Assembly (NCBI RefSeq): GCF_044704955.1
Contig: NC_091991.1
Coordinates: 148,366,001 to 148,430,000 of the forward strand
DNA from: Pristiophorus japonicus
Lineage: Eukaryota
Reading direction: 5' to 3'
DNA: 64,000 bases
The notes beneath the pieces were generated by a model. The model saw only the letters and a program-made list of their open reading frames with translations. It was not told where the DNA came from and ran no database searches. Shown piece after piece: positions 38,657 through 51,726 of this stretch. Within the stretch, counting starts at the first letter, position 1. Each line of letters opens with the position of its first letter. The position numbers and the translations under genes were made by a program.

Positions 38657-39310
38657 AGTTATGTCTGTAATATACTTATGAATGACTCCACGTGCCAATG
38701 TGTTGTACTCAAACTGTAGTGACCTTGGTCCTTTATTTGTAACTCCAGAGTGAGGTAGCTGCATGGTGGCTACCCTTTTATACAGCCTCTGCCACCAGGA
38801 CAGGAACCCCCGGTCTCCACCAGTTGCACCCTCTAGTGGTGCAAGCATAGTATATACACACTGTAAACCTTATTGATAGTACATCAGGTAAACAAGTCTC
38901 CATCTTATGCAACTATACATTGACTACACAGAGACTATATAGTCTGCATATATAACATCACTCTCCCCCAAATCCTTTGTGCTCTGGCTTAGCTCTCTCC
39001 AGACTTACATGCCAATAGCCCTTGCATCTTGGCTGTTAACCCGCAAGTCCTTTTGCCACAACGTTGGGTAGTGGTTACCAGTTTGGATGGTTCAATGATG
39101 CAGTGGAAGTTCCAGTGTGATCCATGTGTGTGTCCATGGCTACATACATCCATTTCCCCCTCCATCGCCGTCCCCCCCACAGCGAGATCATGCAGCTGGC
39201 CCATTACATTAACATACAATGTTAAGTGCAAGTTTTTACAGTTTGTAACATGACACCTTGGTTCAGTGACTTATATTCGTTATGTTTTACGGTCGTGTAC
39301 CAGGATTGGG
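38657..39310 (-). mobile_element. 3' LTR (~38657-38957) plus adjacent internal remnant of a related Gypsy element
   Basis: Minus-strand PPT GGGGGAGAGTGA then TGTTATA; U5 AATAAAGGACCAAGGTCACTACAG..GTACAACACATTG resembles the 35009 LTR. Confidence 0.8.
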
Positions 39311-39979
39311 TAGGTTGCATTCATGGTTCAGTCATGGTCAGTACTGAGGTAGCAGTAAATGTGTCTAATTCAGAATGAAAATTGAAATGCTGAGCTGTTC
39401 GTACTCCAGGCTATTTAACAAGGACTTCGGACCAGGCGTTACAAATTTTGCCTGTCTTGGCTCTTCCCTCGATTTACCATTGCTGGTATCTCCTGCAATC
39501 GTACCCAGGTGCCTTACAATCGGGAGTTTACTTTTGCTGCCCAATATCTGAACTTGCGCTAGTGTAACCCAGGGAGGTGTAACAGTGAGACCCTCTTGGG
39601 ATAGCGCCATCCTTACACAAACGTTTCTGCAATCTTCTGAAAGATGAACTGATTCACACTTTAAAAATAAGATAATGCTGGAGGCAGTTCCACAAGCTAG
39701 CTCACTTTGCAATTGTTGAGTGAACAAATAGATAAACATTTGAAGTAATTCCCACTGCAATACAGTTTGGTCTTGGACCCCTTCTCGTAACATATAAAGT
39801 AATTTACGCTACACCGACCCTTTCAGTGGGCTAAGAAACATTGGCCTTTAAATCCCACAGGGGTTCTCCGATCTCCCCATAACTTCAGTGCATGACTGTG
39901 GAACCTCCCAGAGTAATGGTGTAAATGCTTAAAAACAGCCATTTAGCATTTTCTCCAAAGGTTCCTCCATTCTCCTGCT

Positions 39980-40285
39980 GAAGTGGGCAAGAGTACAACT
40001 AGAAGCAATAAATATAAGATATTTACTAATAAGATAGTCACTAATACATCCAATAGGGAATTCATGAGAAACTTCTTTATCCAGAGAGATTAGAATGTAG
40101 AACTCGCTACCACAGGGAGTAATTGAGGCGACTAGCATAGATGCATTCAAGGGGAAGTTAGATAAACATATGAAGGAGAAAGGAATCGAAGATTATGTTG
40201 ATGGGGTTAAATGAAGAGGAGTGGGAGAAGGCTTGTGTGGCCTGGACCTGGGGGGTTGAATGGCCTGTTTCTGTGCTGTAACTAC
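39980..40285 (+). mobile_element. CR1 3' fragment
   Basis: Same subfamily as 9131-9514. Confidence 0.8.
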
Positions 40286-40289
40286 TGAG

Positions 40290-40510
40290 TAGATGCCTGA
40301 AAGACTTCCTGCCCCCTGGGGATAGATAAAGGATGTCCCTCCTCCTCTCCACTGCCTCCAGTGCAGCATCGGAGAACCTTGATACCCGCTCGCTCCCTTC
40401 TTCAACCATATCTTCCTTAAGTTGTTCCACAGGCTCTGCAGCCAGAAGCATGCAGCCAATGAATAGTGTGAGTAGCGCTGGATACATGCATAAATGATTG
40501 TAATTAGCAG
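40290..40510 (-). pseudogene. Harbinger Myb/SANT exon-1 fragment
   Basis: ERVSRFSDAALEAVERRRDILY..GGRK parallels the 20698 and 26300 regions. Confidence 0.65.
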
Positions 40511-40534
40511 ACAGCTGCCTGTGTTGGTCATGAA

Positions 40535-42692
40535 GCCAAGTTTGCTGATGATACAAAGATGGGTGGGAAAGCAAATTGTGAGGAGGACACAACAAATCTA
40601 CAAAGGGATATAGACAGGCTAAGTGAGTGGGCAAACATTTGGCAGATGGAGTATAATGTGGGAAAATGTGAGGTTATCCACTTTGGCAGAAAACATTGTA
40701 AGGGGAGCTTTAGGTGTGGCTTCGAATCCACACTCCCCTGGGGTTCTGTACGTGCGATTTATGAGGATGGGTGAGTAATGAGACACCAGACACAGTGGGT
40801 AAGAGTACAAAATGGCTAATGTTGTTTATTTAGAATAGTAAACACCAAGATAGATGTCATAGGAAGAGGTCATAAATAGCAGTAATGACACAATCTCACT
40901 CAACAACACGAAAAATCTCGCAACAGGGAAGGGGAAAGTAAGAGGTTAAAACATTCCACTCACACACAACCACACCTCCCACTTCCACCCTTCTTACCAA
41001 TTCCTATCCTAAATTGAGTCTGTGAGAGGGTTTGGGCTATACTCATAAGTTCTGGGGGCACTTATTTCAGCTCGGGGTCCCTCTGGGGTGGGTTTTACAT
41101 TGTTGGTCGGTTCAGTTTTCCTACTTGATGTTGCGTCGGTTTCTTCTCTGCCTTTTGGTTGTCTCCTAAGCAAAAAGCTGCGGAGTTAAGCACACCTTCT
41201 CCAGAGCGAGGGCCCTGTGAAAAGCTGACTCAACTCCCACAAGCTGACTCCAACAACCAAAAGTTCACTCCAACTGCTTCCAAAAGCTCACTCCCACCTG
41301 CTCCAAAAGCTGACTCTCACTCCTTCCCCCTCTGCTGGTTCTGTAGGTCCTATCTTTGTATCCAATTTAGTTCTGGCCTTTTCGCGCTCAAACTCAGTTG
41401 GTGGTCCATTGTGTAAGTTTGGGCGGGGAAATAGCTTTGAATATTTAATCAGAAGATGTCACAGGTACAGGTAGGTGTGAGGACAGAAGTATTGTTTCAG
41501 TGCACATTGGTGCCTCAACGTCTGCTGGTCCATTGTAACAGTCCTGGGAGTCAATCGGTTTGGGCCTCCCCTTTGATGGGTCATTAGGTAGATGATGGTC
41601 CACACTCATTAGGGGTGAGTCATATTTTCAAACTGGGCTGGGTAGTCCCCATTGGTTGAGGATTTCCCCACTTCAGGCCCGACTCGACCCCTGATTGGCC
41701 TGCCAGAATGCACTGTTCCCCCATTGGCCAGTGCCTCTGTCTCGCTTGTGAGCCAGACTCCACAATGTCTGTATCCGCCCACACATTTCCCAGCCTGCCT
41801 GGTCTGAGGATTTTACTTGGCCAAAAATGTTCATTAAAATGTATAGGACGATTCCATGGTAGTTTTCTTGTCCTTAGGGTGTTCCAATGAAATGCGGCCG
41901 TGGATTTTCGAACCTAACAAAATACAAAAACAGATTATAATTTAAATGGAGAAAAATTGCAAAGTGCTGCAGTACAGAGGGACCTGGGGGTCCTTGTGCA
42001 CGAAACACAAAAAGTTAGTATGCAGGTACAGCAAGTGATCAGGAAGGCAAATGGAATGTTGGCCTTTATTGCAAGGAGGATAGAGTATAAAAGCAGAGAA
42101 GTCCTGCTACAACTGTATAGGGTATTGGTGAGGTCACCCTAGAGTACTGTGTACAGTTTTGGTCTCTGTATTTAGGAAGGATATGCTTGCATTGGAGGCA
42201 GTTCAGAGAAGGTTCACTAGGTTGATTCCTGAGATAAAGGGGTTGACTTATGAGGAAAGGTTGGGCCTATACTCATTGGAGTTTCGAAGAATGAGAATTG
42301 ATCTTTTTGAAACATAAGATACTGAGGGGGCTTGACAAGGTAGATGCAGAGAGGATGTTTTCCCTCGATGAGGAATCTAGAACTAGGGGGCATAATTTCA
42401 GAATAAAGGGTCGCCCATTTAAAACTGAGATGAGGAGGAATTTCTTCTCTCAGAAGGTTGTTAATCTATGGAATTCTCTGCCCCAAAGAGCTGTGGAGGC
42501 TGGGTCATTGAATATATTTAAGGCGGAGATAGACAGATTTTGGAGCGATAAGGGAGTAAAGGGTTATGGGGAGCGGGCAGGGAAGTGGAACTGAGTCCAT
42601 GATCAGATCAGCCATGACCTTATTGAATGGTGGAGCAGGCTCGAGGGGCCAGGTGGCCTACTCCTACTCCTATTTCTTATGTTCTTATGTTC
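40535..42692 (+). mobile_element. 5'-truncated CR1 interrupted by a 1.2-kb LTR
   Basis: KFADDTKMGG..CEVIHFGRK | resumes at 41920 Y.LNGE.LQSAAVQRDLG; (TTCTTATG)n tail. Confidence 0.93.
40697..41919 (-). mobile_element. ERV-like solo LTR (1223 bp)
   Basis: TGTAAGG...CCTAACA termini; 4-bp TSD ACAT/AAAT; minus-strand CCAAT boxes (41500-41730) and AATAAA (~40825); no ORF. Confidence 0.72.
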
Positions 42693-42855
42693 TTATCACA
42701 TTGCTGTTTGTGGGAGTTGCTGTGCACAAGTTGGCTGCCACGTTTCTTACATTACAACAGTAACAACACTTCAAAAATACTTCATTGGCTGTAAAGCACC
42801 ATGTGATGTCCGGTGGTTGTAAAAGGCGCTATATAAATGCAAGTCTTTATTTTCT
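42693..42855 (+). mobile_element. SacSINE1-like 3' fragment
   Basis: TTATCACATTGCTGTTTGTGGGA...TATATAAATGCAAGTCTTT. Confidence 0.85.
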
Positions 42856-43354
42856 TTCCTTTTCTCTTTTAGTTACTGACTGATCTGTTAGGCACTTCCA
42901 GCATTTTGATTTACTCTTAGTCACATGAAGACTCATATCAGTGAATCAAAACATCCTGGAACAATTTCTGCATTGCACCAAGTGCACTATGAAACCTCGG
43001 TATCTCAGGAAAATCAGTCTTAACATGCATGCCAATATATATATCCAATCACCTTATCACATCTCTCCAAAATATCTCATATTGCTTCACATAGAATGAA
43101 TTATAAAACTGGAGGGAATGATGAATGAAAAGCCGATTTCAAAAACATTTGGAAACATTAAGAATAACAAAACATGTATGTACATTTGCCAAGCGGGTGA
43201 AGGATTGCCTAAATGTTGTGCATGTTGTCTATGAAATACAGGACCAAGGTGCGAGTGAACTGCAGTTGGCATTTATTGTAATGCCAGGTACCTGAAGAAT
43301 ACCAAGTGTCAGTACACTTACCTTGGGCAACCTTCCCGAGTCCAGAAAATGTCT

Positions 43355-46057
43355 TAGAAACATAGAAACATAGAAAATAGGTGCAGGAGTAGGCCATGCG
43401 GCCCTTCGAGCCTGCACCACCATTCAATAAGATATGACTGATCATTCACCTCAGTACCCCTTTCCTGCTTTCTCTCCATACCCCTTGATCCCTTTAGCCG
43501 TAAGGGCTATATCTAACTCTCTCTTGAATATATCCAATGAACTGGCATCAACAACTCTCTGCCGTAGGGAATTCCACAGGTTAACAACTCACTGAGTGAA
43601 GAAGTTTCTCCTCATCTCAGTCCCTTATCCTTCGACTATGTCCCCTGGTTCTGGACTTCCCCAATATCGGAAATATTTTTCCTGCATCTAACCTGTCCAG
43701 TCCCGTCAGAATTTTATATATTTCTATGAGATCCCCTCTCATCCTTCTAAACTCCAGTGAATAGAGGCCCAGTCGATCCAGTCTCTCCTCATATGTCAGT
43801 CCTGCCATCCCGGGAATCAGTCTGGTGAACCTTGGCTGCACTCCCTCAATAGCAACAACGTCCTTCCTCAGATTAGGAGACCAAAACTGAACACAATATT
43901 CCAGGTGAGGCCTCATTATGGCCCTGTACAACTGCAGTAAGCTCTCCCTGCTCTTATACTCAAATCCCCTAGCTATGAAGGCCAACATACCATTTGCCTT
44001 CTTCACCGCCTGCTGTACCTGCATGCCAACTTTCAATGACTGATGTACCATGACACCCAGATCTCGTTGCACCTCCCCTTTCCCTAATCTGTTGCCATTC
44101 AGATAATATTCTGCCTTCGTGTTTTTGCCACCAAAGTGGATAACCTCACATTTATTCACATTATGCTGCATCTGCCATATGTTTGCCTACTCACCTAACC
44201 TGTCCAAGTCACCCTGCAGCCTCTTAGCATCCTCCTCACAGCTCACACTGCCACCCAGCTTAGTGTCATCTGCAAACTTGGAGATATTACACTCAATTCC
44301 TTCATCTAAATCATTAATGTATATTGTAAATAGCTGGGGTCCCAGCACTGAGCCCTGCGGAACCCCACTAGTCACTGCCTGCCATTCTGAAAAGGACCCG
44401 TTTATCCCGACTCTCTGCTTCCTGCCTGCCAAACAGTTCTCTATCCACGTCAGTACATTATCCCCATTACATGTGCTTTTATTTTTCACACTAATCTCTT
44501 GTGTGGGACCTTGTCAAAAGCCTTTTGAAAGTCCAAATACACCACATCCACTGGTTCTCCCTTGTCCCACTCTACCAGTTACATCCTCAAAAAATTCTAG
44601 AGGATATGTTAAGCATGATTTCCCTTTCATACATCCATGCTGAATTGGACCGATCCTGTCACTGCTTTCCAAATGCACTGCTATTTTATCTTTAATAATT
44701 GATTTCAAAATTTTCCCCACTACTGATGTCAGGCTAACGGGTCTATAATTCCCCGTTTTCTCTCTCCCTTCTTTCTTAAAAAGTGGTGTTACATTAGCTA
44801 CCCTCCAGTCCATAGGAACTGATCCAGAGTCGATAGACTGTTGGAAAATGATCATCAATGCATCCACTATTTCTAGGGCCACTTCCTTAAATACTCTGGG
44901 ATGCAGACTATCAACCCCGGAGATTTATCGGACTTCAATCCCATCAATTTCCTTAACACAATTTCCCGCCTAATAAGGATTTCCTTCAGTTCCTCCTTCT
45001 CACTAGACCCTCGGTCCCTTAGTATTTCCGGAAGGTTATTTGTGTCTTCCTTTGTGAAGACAGAATCAAAGTATTTGTTTAACTGTTCCGCCATTTCTTT
45101 GTTCCCCATTATAAATTCACCTGAATCTGATGCAAGGGACCTATGTTTATCTTCACTAATCTTTTTCTCTTCACATATCTATAGAAGCTTTTGCAGTCAG
45201 TTGTTATGTTCCCAGCAAGCTTCCTCTCATACTGTATTTTCCCCCTCCTAATTAAACCCTTTGTCCTCCTCTGCTGTATTCTAAAATTCTCCCAGTCCTC
45301 AGGTTTGCTGCTTTTTCTGGCCAATTTATATGCCTCTTCCTTGGATTGAACACTATCCTTAATTTCCCTTGTTAGCCACAGTTGAGCCACCTTCCCGTTT
45401 TATTTTTACTCCAGACAGGGATGTACAATTGTTGGAGTTCATCCATGTGATCTTTAAATGTTTGCCATTGCCTATCCACCGTCAACCCTTTAAGTATCAC
45501 TCGCCAGTCTATTCTAGTCAATTCACGTCTCATATCATCGAAGTTACCTTTCCTTAAGCTCAGGACCCTCGTCTCTGAATTAACTGTGTCACTCTTCATC
45601 GTAATGAAGAATTCTACCATATTATGGTCACTCTTCCCCAAGGGGCTTCACACAACAAGATTGCTAATTAGTCCTTTCTCATTACACATCATCCAGTCTA
45701 GGATGGCCAGCCCTCTAGTTGGTTCCTCGAAATATTGGTCTCGAAAACCATCCCTGATACACTCCAGGAAACCCTCCTCCACCGCATTGCTACCAGTTTG
45801 GTTAGCCCAATCAATATGTAGATTAAAGTCGCCCATGATAACTGCTGTACCTTTATTGTATGCATCCCTAATTTCTTGTTTGATGCTGTCCCTAACCTCA
45901 CTACTACTGTTTGGTGGTCTAGCGTTTTCTGCCCTTTGGTATTCCGTAGCTCCACCCATGTAGATTCCACATCATCCAAGCTAATGTCCTTCCTTACTAT
46001 TGTGATAATTTCCTCTTTAACCAGCAACGCCACCCCACCTCCTTTTTCTTTCTGTCT
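43355..46057 (-). mobile_element. CR1 LINE ORF2 (APE C-terminal part plus RT) to 3' tail
   Basis: [44 protein letters not shown], (CATAGAAA)n tail. Confidence 0.95.
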
Positions 46058-49000
46058 CCTGTACTTGCATGCTGTATGCACATACAATATGGCACAGAGA
46101 CCTTTACCCAGGGATTGCACATGCTCAATAGAATTGGAGGCGGTCCTGATCTCCAAACTGGGTCGTCCTCTGGCTGGGCTTTTATGGCACAAGACCAACA
46201 ATGTAGCAGTTCTGCTCCTTCTCCACTTCAATGCCTCTCTGAAACATTCAAAAGAGCTTCTCATATAATGATATACTTTGAAATGCAGTGCTTGTGGTCA
46301 TGTACCATTTTGCATACAGCAAGATCCCACAAAAGCTGCAGTAGAATCAGATTTGTGAAATTGAAGCGCTCACCCGTGAGGTAGAAAACCTGAGAACTCA
46401 CCCACGGATGAACAACAGAGTTCAACAGCCACAGAAAATCTCCCATTGGGAGTCTTAATCACCAAGGATCTCAAATGCAACCACATTTACACGTAAAAAA
46501 AGATGGAAAATGCACAGAAATGAATACGTACAATAAAAGGGAACAAATGGTGACATGCTGTTAGCTTCTTACCCTTCAATATGAACACTGTAATCTGCTT
46601 AAACATATTAATATTTTGTATTTATAATGAGCTACTTAGAAGAATCTACCATCCCTAAGGGGATAACAACTTCAGCAGAGATTTAGTGACGTTCACTGGA
46701 CCTAATAGGTAAAATGTAACTTGTGACCGACATCTTGACCATAATTGATTTTTCTTGCAAGCCAATGTCTTAACACAACATTTCTTAGGATTCAATGTAC
46801 ATGTTGAAGTATTCCAAATGTTGACAGCTTACAAAGGAAGCAGCAATACGTGATTTATACCTCAAAACCAATAAATGGGTTTTGTAACATTGACGGTTTT
46901 TTTGTTCATTGGTGACATTTGCTTTAAATCATGGTCAAAATGAATCATCCATCTTTATATTTTCAAACCTGGACTTTCCATTCTGGACTTAACCAATATC
47001 AAATTCAAGGAACATTGTGCTGGGATCCCCTGGCAAACAGTGGCACTGTTTCCTTGTGAACATGTGGCACTGCCACTAAAGCTGCATCCTTCAGCAAGCA
47101 ACCCAGTACTATAAATAGCATTCATTTCACTTGCAAATAAGCTGGCACCACCCCTGAAACTCAATCCCATTGGAACCAGAGTGACACTGCCAAGAACTGG
47201 TGAGCAATCAATTCACTGGGGGCCATTCGCGCCCATTAACATAAATCATGTGGGGAATGGTATGTGTCTGGGAATGATGAGAGATTCGATTGGCATGAGC
47301 AGAGCCTGAGCCCTTCATAACCTTAACCTCAATCCCAAATGAATTACAGTAATTCCCATGTGCCATTGTCATCCACCACTGTGTACACTCTGATGCTCAT
47401 AAAAGCACATTCAATGTTTTGTGAGCAGAATGAACACTGTGGTGGATGACACCAACAGCCACTGCTTGCAATCGAGTGTTGTTTGGTGAGCTGCACAATA
47501 ATGACTGAATTATTGTGAAGTAATTACTGTTTATTAAATGAAAAGGAGCAGGTAATTAACGGGAAGTAGGATCAGTATTGTAATATTTTAACTAATGTTT
47601 ATCAAGTAGCATTATATTAATAAAAACTGAGGCACCAGACATATTAACATCGAACAGATTGAGGCATGTGGACAGAATCAAAAGCACAGGTTTGCTGTCT
47701 ACAAAACCAGAGAGTTATCACTGCAGTTTCTGCCTGGTGACAGTCCATCAGTCCATCACATCTGCTACTTCCTCTATCTCTGAGCCCTGGGAGACGTGAG
47801 TCAACAAAGGGATGGGGCTCTGGCAGTTTTCATTCAGGACCTTATGAGAAAAGAGAAAGGGGAAATGAAAGGGGAGAGAAAAAAGAAAGGGAGAAAGAAG
47901 GAAAACAAGAAAGAAAACAAGAAAGAAAAAAAATGTAGTTCCATGAATCTAGTCAGGATTCAAACCCACACCCAAAGGCAAAAGCATAGCATCCTAACCT
48001 AGAGTACCATTCAGTTCCCGAGAACATTTCTCTAAAGGCATACTGCGCTTGCAATAGGGCTAAATTACATCTTGAGGTCTCCTGGTTTTCTTGTGATAGC
48101 ATCCCAGAATGTGCAAAATGAGCGGTTTTTTATGTAATCGGAATACATGGGAGAGTAGGAACTAAGGAACAACTGGACCTAAGGTTGCTACCATCAGCCT
48201 CCAAATCATCAACAGGGCACTGTGTAGCAAAGCAAGACTCAAAGCTGCTCAGCGTATTTGCCTACATAGCAGCTTAAAAGTAATTAATTTTATGAAATTC
48301 CTCATTATATTTCAACATGATAAAATTCTATACAAATACAAATATGATTTGTTATACGATTTTAATCGACATGGCAAACTGATACTATTTCCAAGCTTGC
48401 TTCGTTCCATCTAAGATTTGGAAGAAGTTAATCCAGCCTCCTCCATGCCCACCACTAAAGTGGCTTGTGTTGGGTGCCCGCTGATTCTGGGATTTTCCAG
48501 TAGCTTTGTTAATGGAGAAACCTCCCAACAGTCGCTTACAAGTCAATGACATCAGAGGGTGGCCGCAGGTGCAGAGTAAGGGTCGGGGAATCCCTACACT
48601 CAGGTGAGTGCAAATGGGCTCATGATGTACAATTATTTTTCTTGTGCAAAGGAGTTGGGGCCTGAGAAATCCCACTCCACCCCAATAGTGAGCAGACATC
48701 GGATTTTCCAGCTGCCTGGGCAGACAGGTGCCAGAGAGGCGCCCGTAGTGGCATGGGTGCCCATCAACCCCATGGAAGCTTTGTGCCCTCTTAATGATCC
48801 CCACAAACTCTGGCAGAACTAGTGGCTAAGGGAACCAGTGACGCCAAGATCATAGCCCACAGATTATTTGGGGCCCATTCTCTCACTCTCTACTTTTCTG
48901 TCACTGAAAAAGCTACCTCCCACTCCTAAATCAATTTCTCGTGCTCCATCACTGGTAGAACTCTCATTTTCAGATATTGTCTATTCAGGTGTGGTGGGCA

Positions 49001-49157
49001 TACCTTAACGTGTACGTTGTATGCACAGGATCCGCAATGGAGACCTATATGAATCGTACATACTACCAGATATGTTTGAATATACATGCATAATTAACCT
49101 CACAGTCATTAACATGTACAGTGGAGGCCAGGTGTGGACCATGACAGGCCTCTCCAC

Positions 49158-49533
49158 CAGGGTCGCCAACTCTGGCTGCACGTATTCCTGGAGGTTGCAT
49201 CACATGACTTCTTGCCTCCAACCACCCCGCCCCCACACTCCCGCTATTGGTCGCCTGACATGTCCATCCTCGCAGTGCCCCGCCTACCCACACCCATTAG
49301 GGGGCGAACAGACTCTTTGCTACCTGATTGGATGACTCTCGGTCAAACAACCTTTTTTTCCCCCTTCTCCAATATTTTTACAACTAATGAGAAAAAGTGT
49401 TCAAATAAAATGAAATGTTTTTTTCTTAAATGCCCCTATGATTTTTTCCCCTGGATTGCTCGCAGCAATGTCCAGGAGATTAATTTTAAATTCCTGGAGC
49501 CTCCAGGTCAATCCTGGAGGGTTGACAACCCTA
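49158..49533. mobile_element. hAT-superfamily MITE (376 bp)
   Basis: TIRs CAGGGTCGCCAAC / GTTGACAACCCTA; perfect 8-bp TSD CTCTCCAC. Confidence 0.88.
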
Positions 49534-50163
49534 CTCTCCACCCTGCTTCAGTCTGGGATTGCTCAGAACGTATCTGTCTCAAATGGAGGCCAAACTCCTC
49601 CTGCAGAGTGTCCTCCTTGGACCCCGATCAGTATTCTGTTGCTGCCTTTACTGCAAACACCATTGCTTTGGTCTGATGTTTACTGTACAAACACTCCAAC
49701 TTCTCAAATCTTTGAGCATCAGACTGGAAACCTTTGTCATATTAGGCAGTGTTCGGCTTCTCAGAGGCAACTCTTATCGTTTTATGTTTCCCCTAGAGAG
49801 CAGAAACAAAAATTCAGCATATTTCTGCACTTGGTTTTAGCTAATAGGAATTTGTAAGACATTTGAGCGTCACCCCTAAGGGCTATTCAGTAAAGTATAC
49901 TGGAGAGACCTTTGAAATCTGAACTGTGCTTGTGGAGAGCAATGCTTTTAACTACACATCTAATAAGAGTTTGCAGCCTCAGCTGAGCTGAATCAGAATA
50001 TTGCGAACTGGGACTGGAAGTAAAGTCTATTAATGGCATTAGTGCCTATCTGCTGAGTATGATAACCAACGGATTAGTCTTTCATCACAAGGACTTTCAA
50101 AGAAATTGAAATTAATGGCGAGAAAAATTAGGCGGGGTGTATAACTAGTAGCCAATCCACTAC

Positions 50164-50236
50164 GGATTCTGACGAAGGGTCATGGACCCGAAACATTAAC
50201 CTTACCTTCCTCTCCCCACAGCTGACACCTGATCTG
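50164..50236 (+). ncRNA. Minimal hammerhead-ribozyme core in a Penelope-like remnant
   Basis: CTGACGA (50169-50175), stem GGGTC/GACCC, GAAAC (50190-50194). Confidence 0.6.
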
Positions 50237-50612
50237 AAAGAAAAAAAGAAAGACTTGCATTTATATCGCGCCTTTAACAATCACCAGACGTCTCAAAGCG
50301 CCAATGATGTACTTTTTAGACTGTAGTCACTGTTGTAATATAGGAAATGCAGCAGGCAATTTGTGCACAGCTAGCTCCCACAAACAGCAATGTGATAATG
50401 ACCAGATGATCTGTTTTTGTTATGTTGATTGAGAGATAAATATTGGCCAGCACATCAGGGATAACTCTCCGGCTCTTCTTCGAAATAGTGTCATGGGATC
50501 TTTTACAACCACCTGAGAGAGCAGACAGGACCTCAGTTTAATGGCTCCTCCGAAAGACGGCACCTATGACAGTGCAGCACTTTCTCAGCACTGCACTGGA
50601 GTGTCAGCCTAG
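50237..50612 (-). mobile_element. SacSINE1-like DeuSINE lacking head
   Basis: Reverse complement of body and tail. Confidence 0.88.
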
Positions 50613-50682
50613 ACTTGCTTAGTGTCTCCGGCGGTTTCTGTACTTATTATCAATTGGAGGCCAATTCTTGTTAGTCGGTTGG

Positions 50683-50931
50683 AAATAGGAGGTGGGTGGG
50701 GTGGCTTGACCCATCCACCTCCACGGAGGTGTGTGGGGGGCCTGACCCATCCACCTCCATGGTACGAACCTGGTATTGCAGTACTTCCAGGAACGGTGCA
50801 GTGGCTCTCGGCCTTTTGGCTAAGAGCATTGGCGCAGTGATCCTTGATGTGTGCAAGGTGACCTCTGGTGTTTGTAATTTGACAAAGAATTGAAAAGATT
50901 GGCAACGAAAAATTTAATTTAAAAAAAAAAA
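50683..50931 (+). mobile_element. Poly(A) retroposon containing permuted U2 snRNA fragments
   Basis: 17-bp TSD TCTTGTTAGTCGGTTGG; A11 tail; U2 3' stem-loop IV at 50768-50800 followed by U2 5' stem-loop I at 50806-50825. Confidence 0.85.
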
Positions 50932-51000
50932 TCTTGTTAGTCGGTTGGTGGTGAATTGGATTATAACATTGTCCTGTTGCAAAACCCTTTTCACAAGACT

Positions 51001-51726
51001 GGCCTGGAATTTCCTGGTACGCATCAATGTAACTATGATGTAAGGGCTGAGTTGCACCTTTTCTTTCCACTAGGAAAGTTCGTACGTAACTGTTTTGCGC
51101 CGGTTTTACGCAGAAACATTGCTACATGCAAATTTCCTCAATTATTTGTGGCCTCCTGAATTAGGTCCCTCAGACCCTGCTTAGCTTATTAACATAGCTC
51201 CGCCTCCCCATGCAGAAGACCAGAGTTTCTTGCATTTGCACCAGTTCTGAACAGTTTACTTCAAAAATTTTTAGGTGCAGCAAAGACACTATTTCGAGCA
51301 TTTTATCGCGATTGTTTAGCAATTTTTTAATTTTCCCTTACTGAGACACGCGCTGTCTTTTCTATACCTTTGAATGTTTTTTTATGGCATCAGAATCTGT
51401 AACATTAAAAAGAGAAAAGCTTCAACAATTACATTTTCTTAAACGTGCTTAATGTGCACAAATGATAATTTGATGGATTCAAACTTTAATCTTCATGACA
51501 TCAGTAAGATAAAGAAGGGCTTAAAGAAGGAAGCTGGCGTGTGTTCTGCATTTTCCTCGGGGCCAATCGATTCCGCTGATTTCCACTTGCTTTACACCAG
51601 TTTTTACGCTCTAGCATGTGCTTAAGAGATTCTGAGGAAATTTCGGCGTAAGTTGCCAATGGCAAAATCGGCATTAAAAAAGGGCGGAAATTTCGGCGCT
51701 AGGTACGATCCAGGAAATTCTGGCCC
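51001..51726. mobile_element. PIF/Harbinger-type MITE (726 bp)
   Basis: TIRs GGCCTGGAATTTCCTGG / CCAGGAAATTCTGGCCC; flanks ACT/ACA. Confidence 0.75.

Noticed and set aside
39365-39793. 142-aa minus-strand ORF in non-repeat DNA as a host exon
   Set aside because: No recognisable domain or convincing splice boundaries; cannot be supported without a search
44119-44643. Antisense ORFs over CR1 and Gypsy pol
   Set aside because: Shadow frames of RT coding sequence
49134-49676. 180-aa ORF as a gene
   Set aside because: Runs through a non-coding hAT MITE; no motifs
50768-50825. Functional U2 snRNA gene
   Set aside because: Permuted order, lacks branch-point and Sm sites, has poly(A) and TSD
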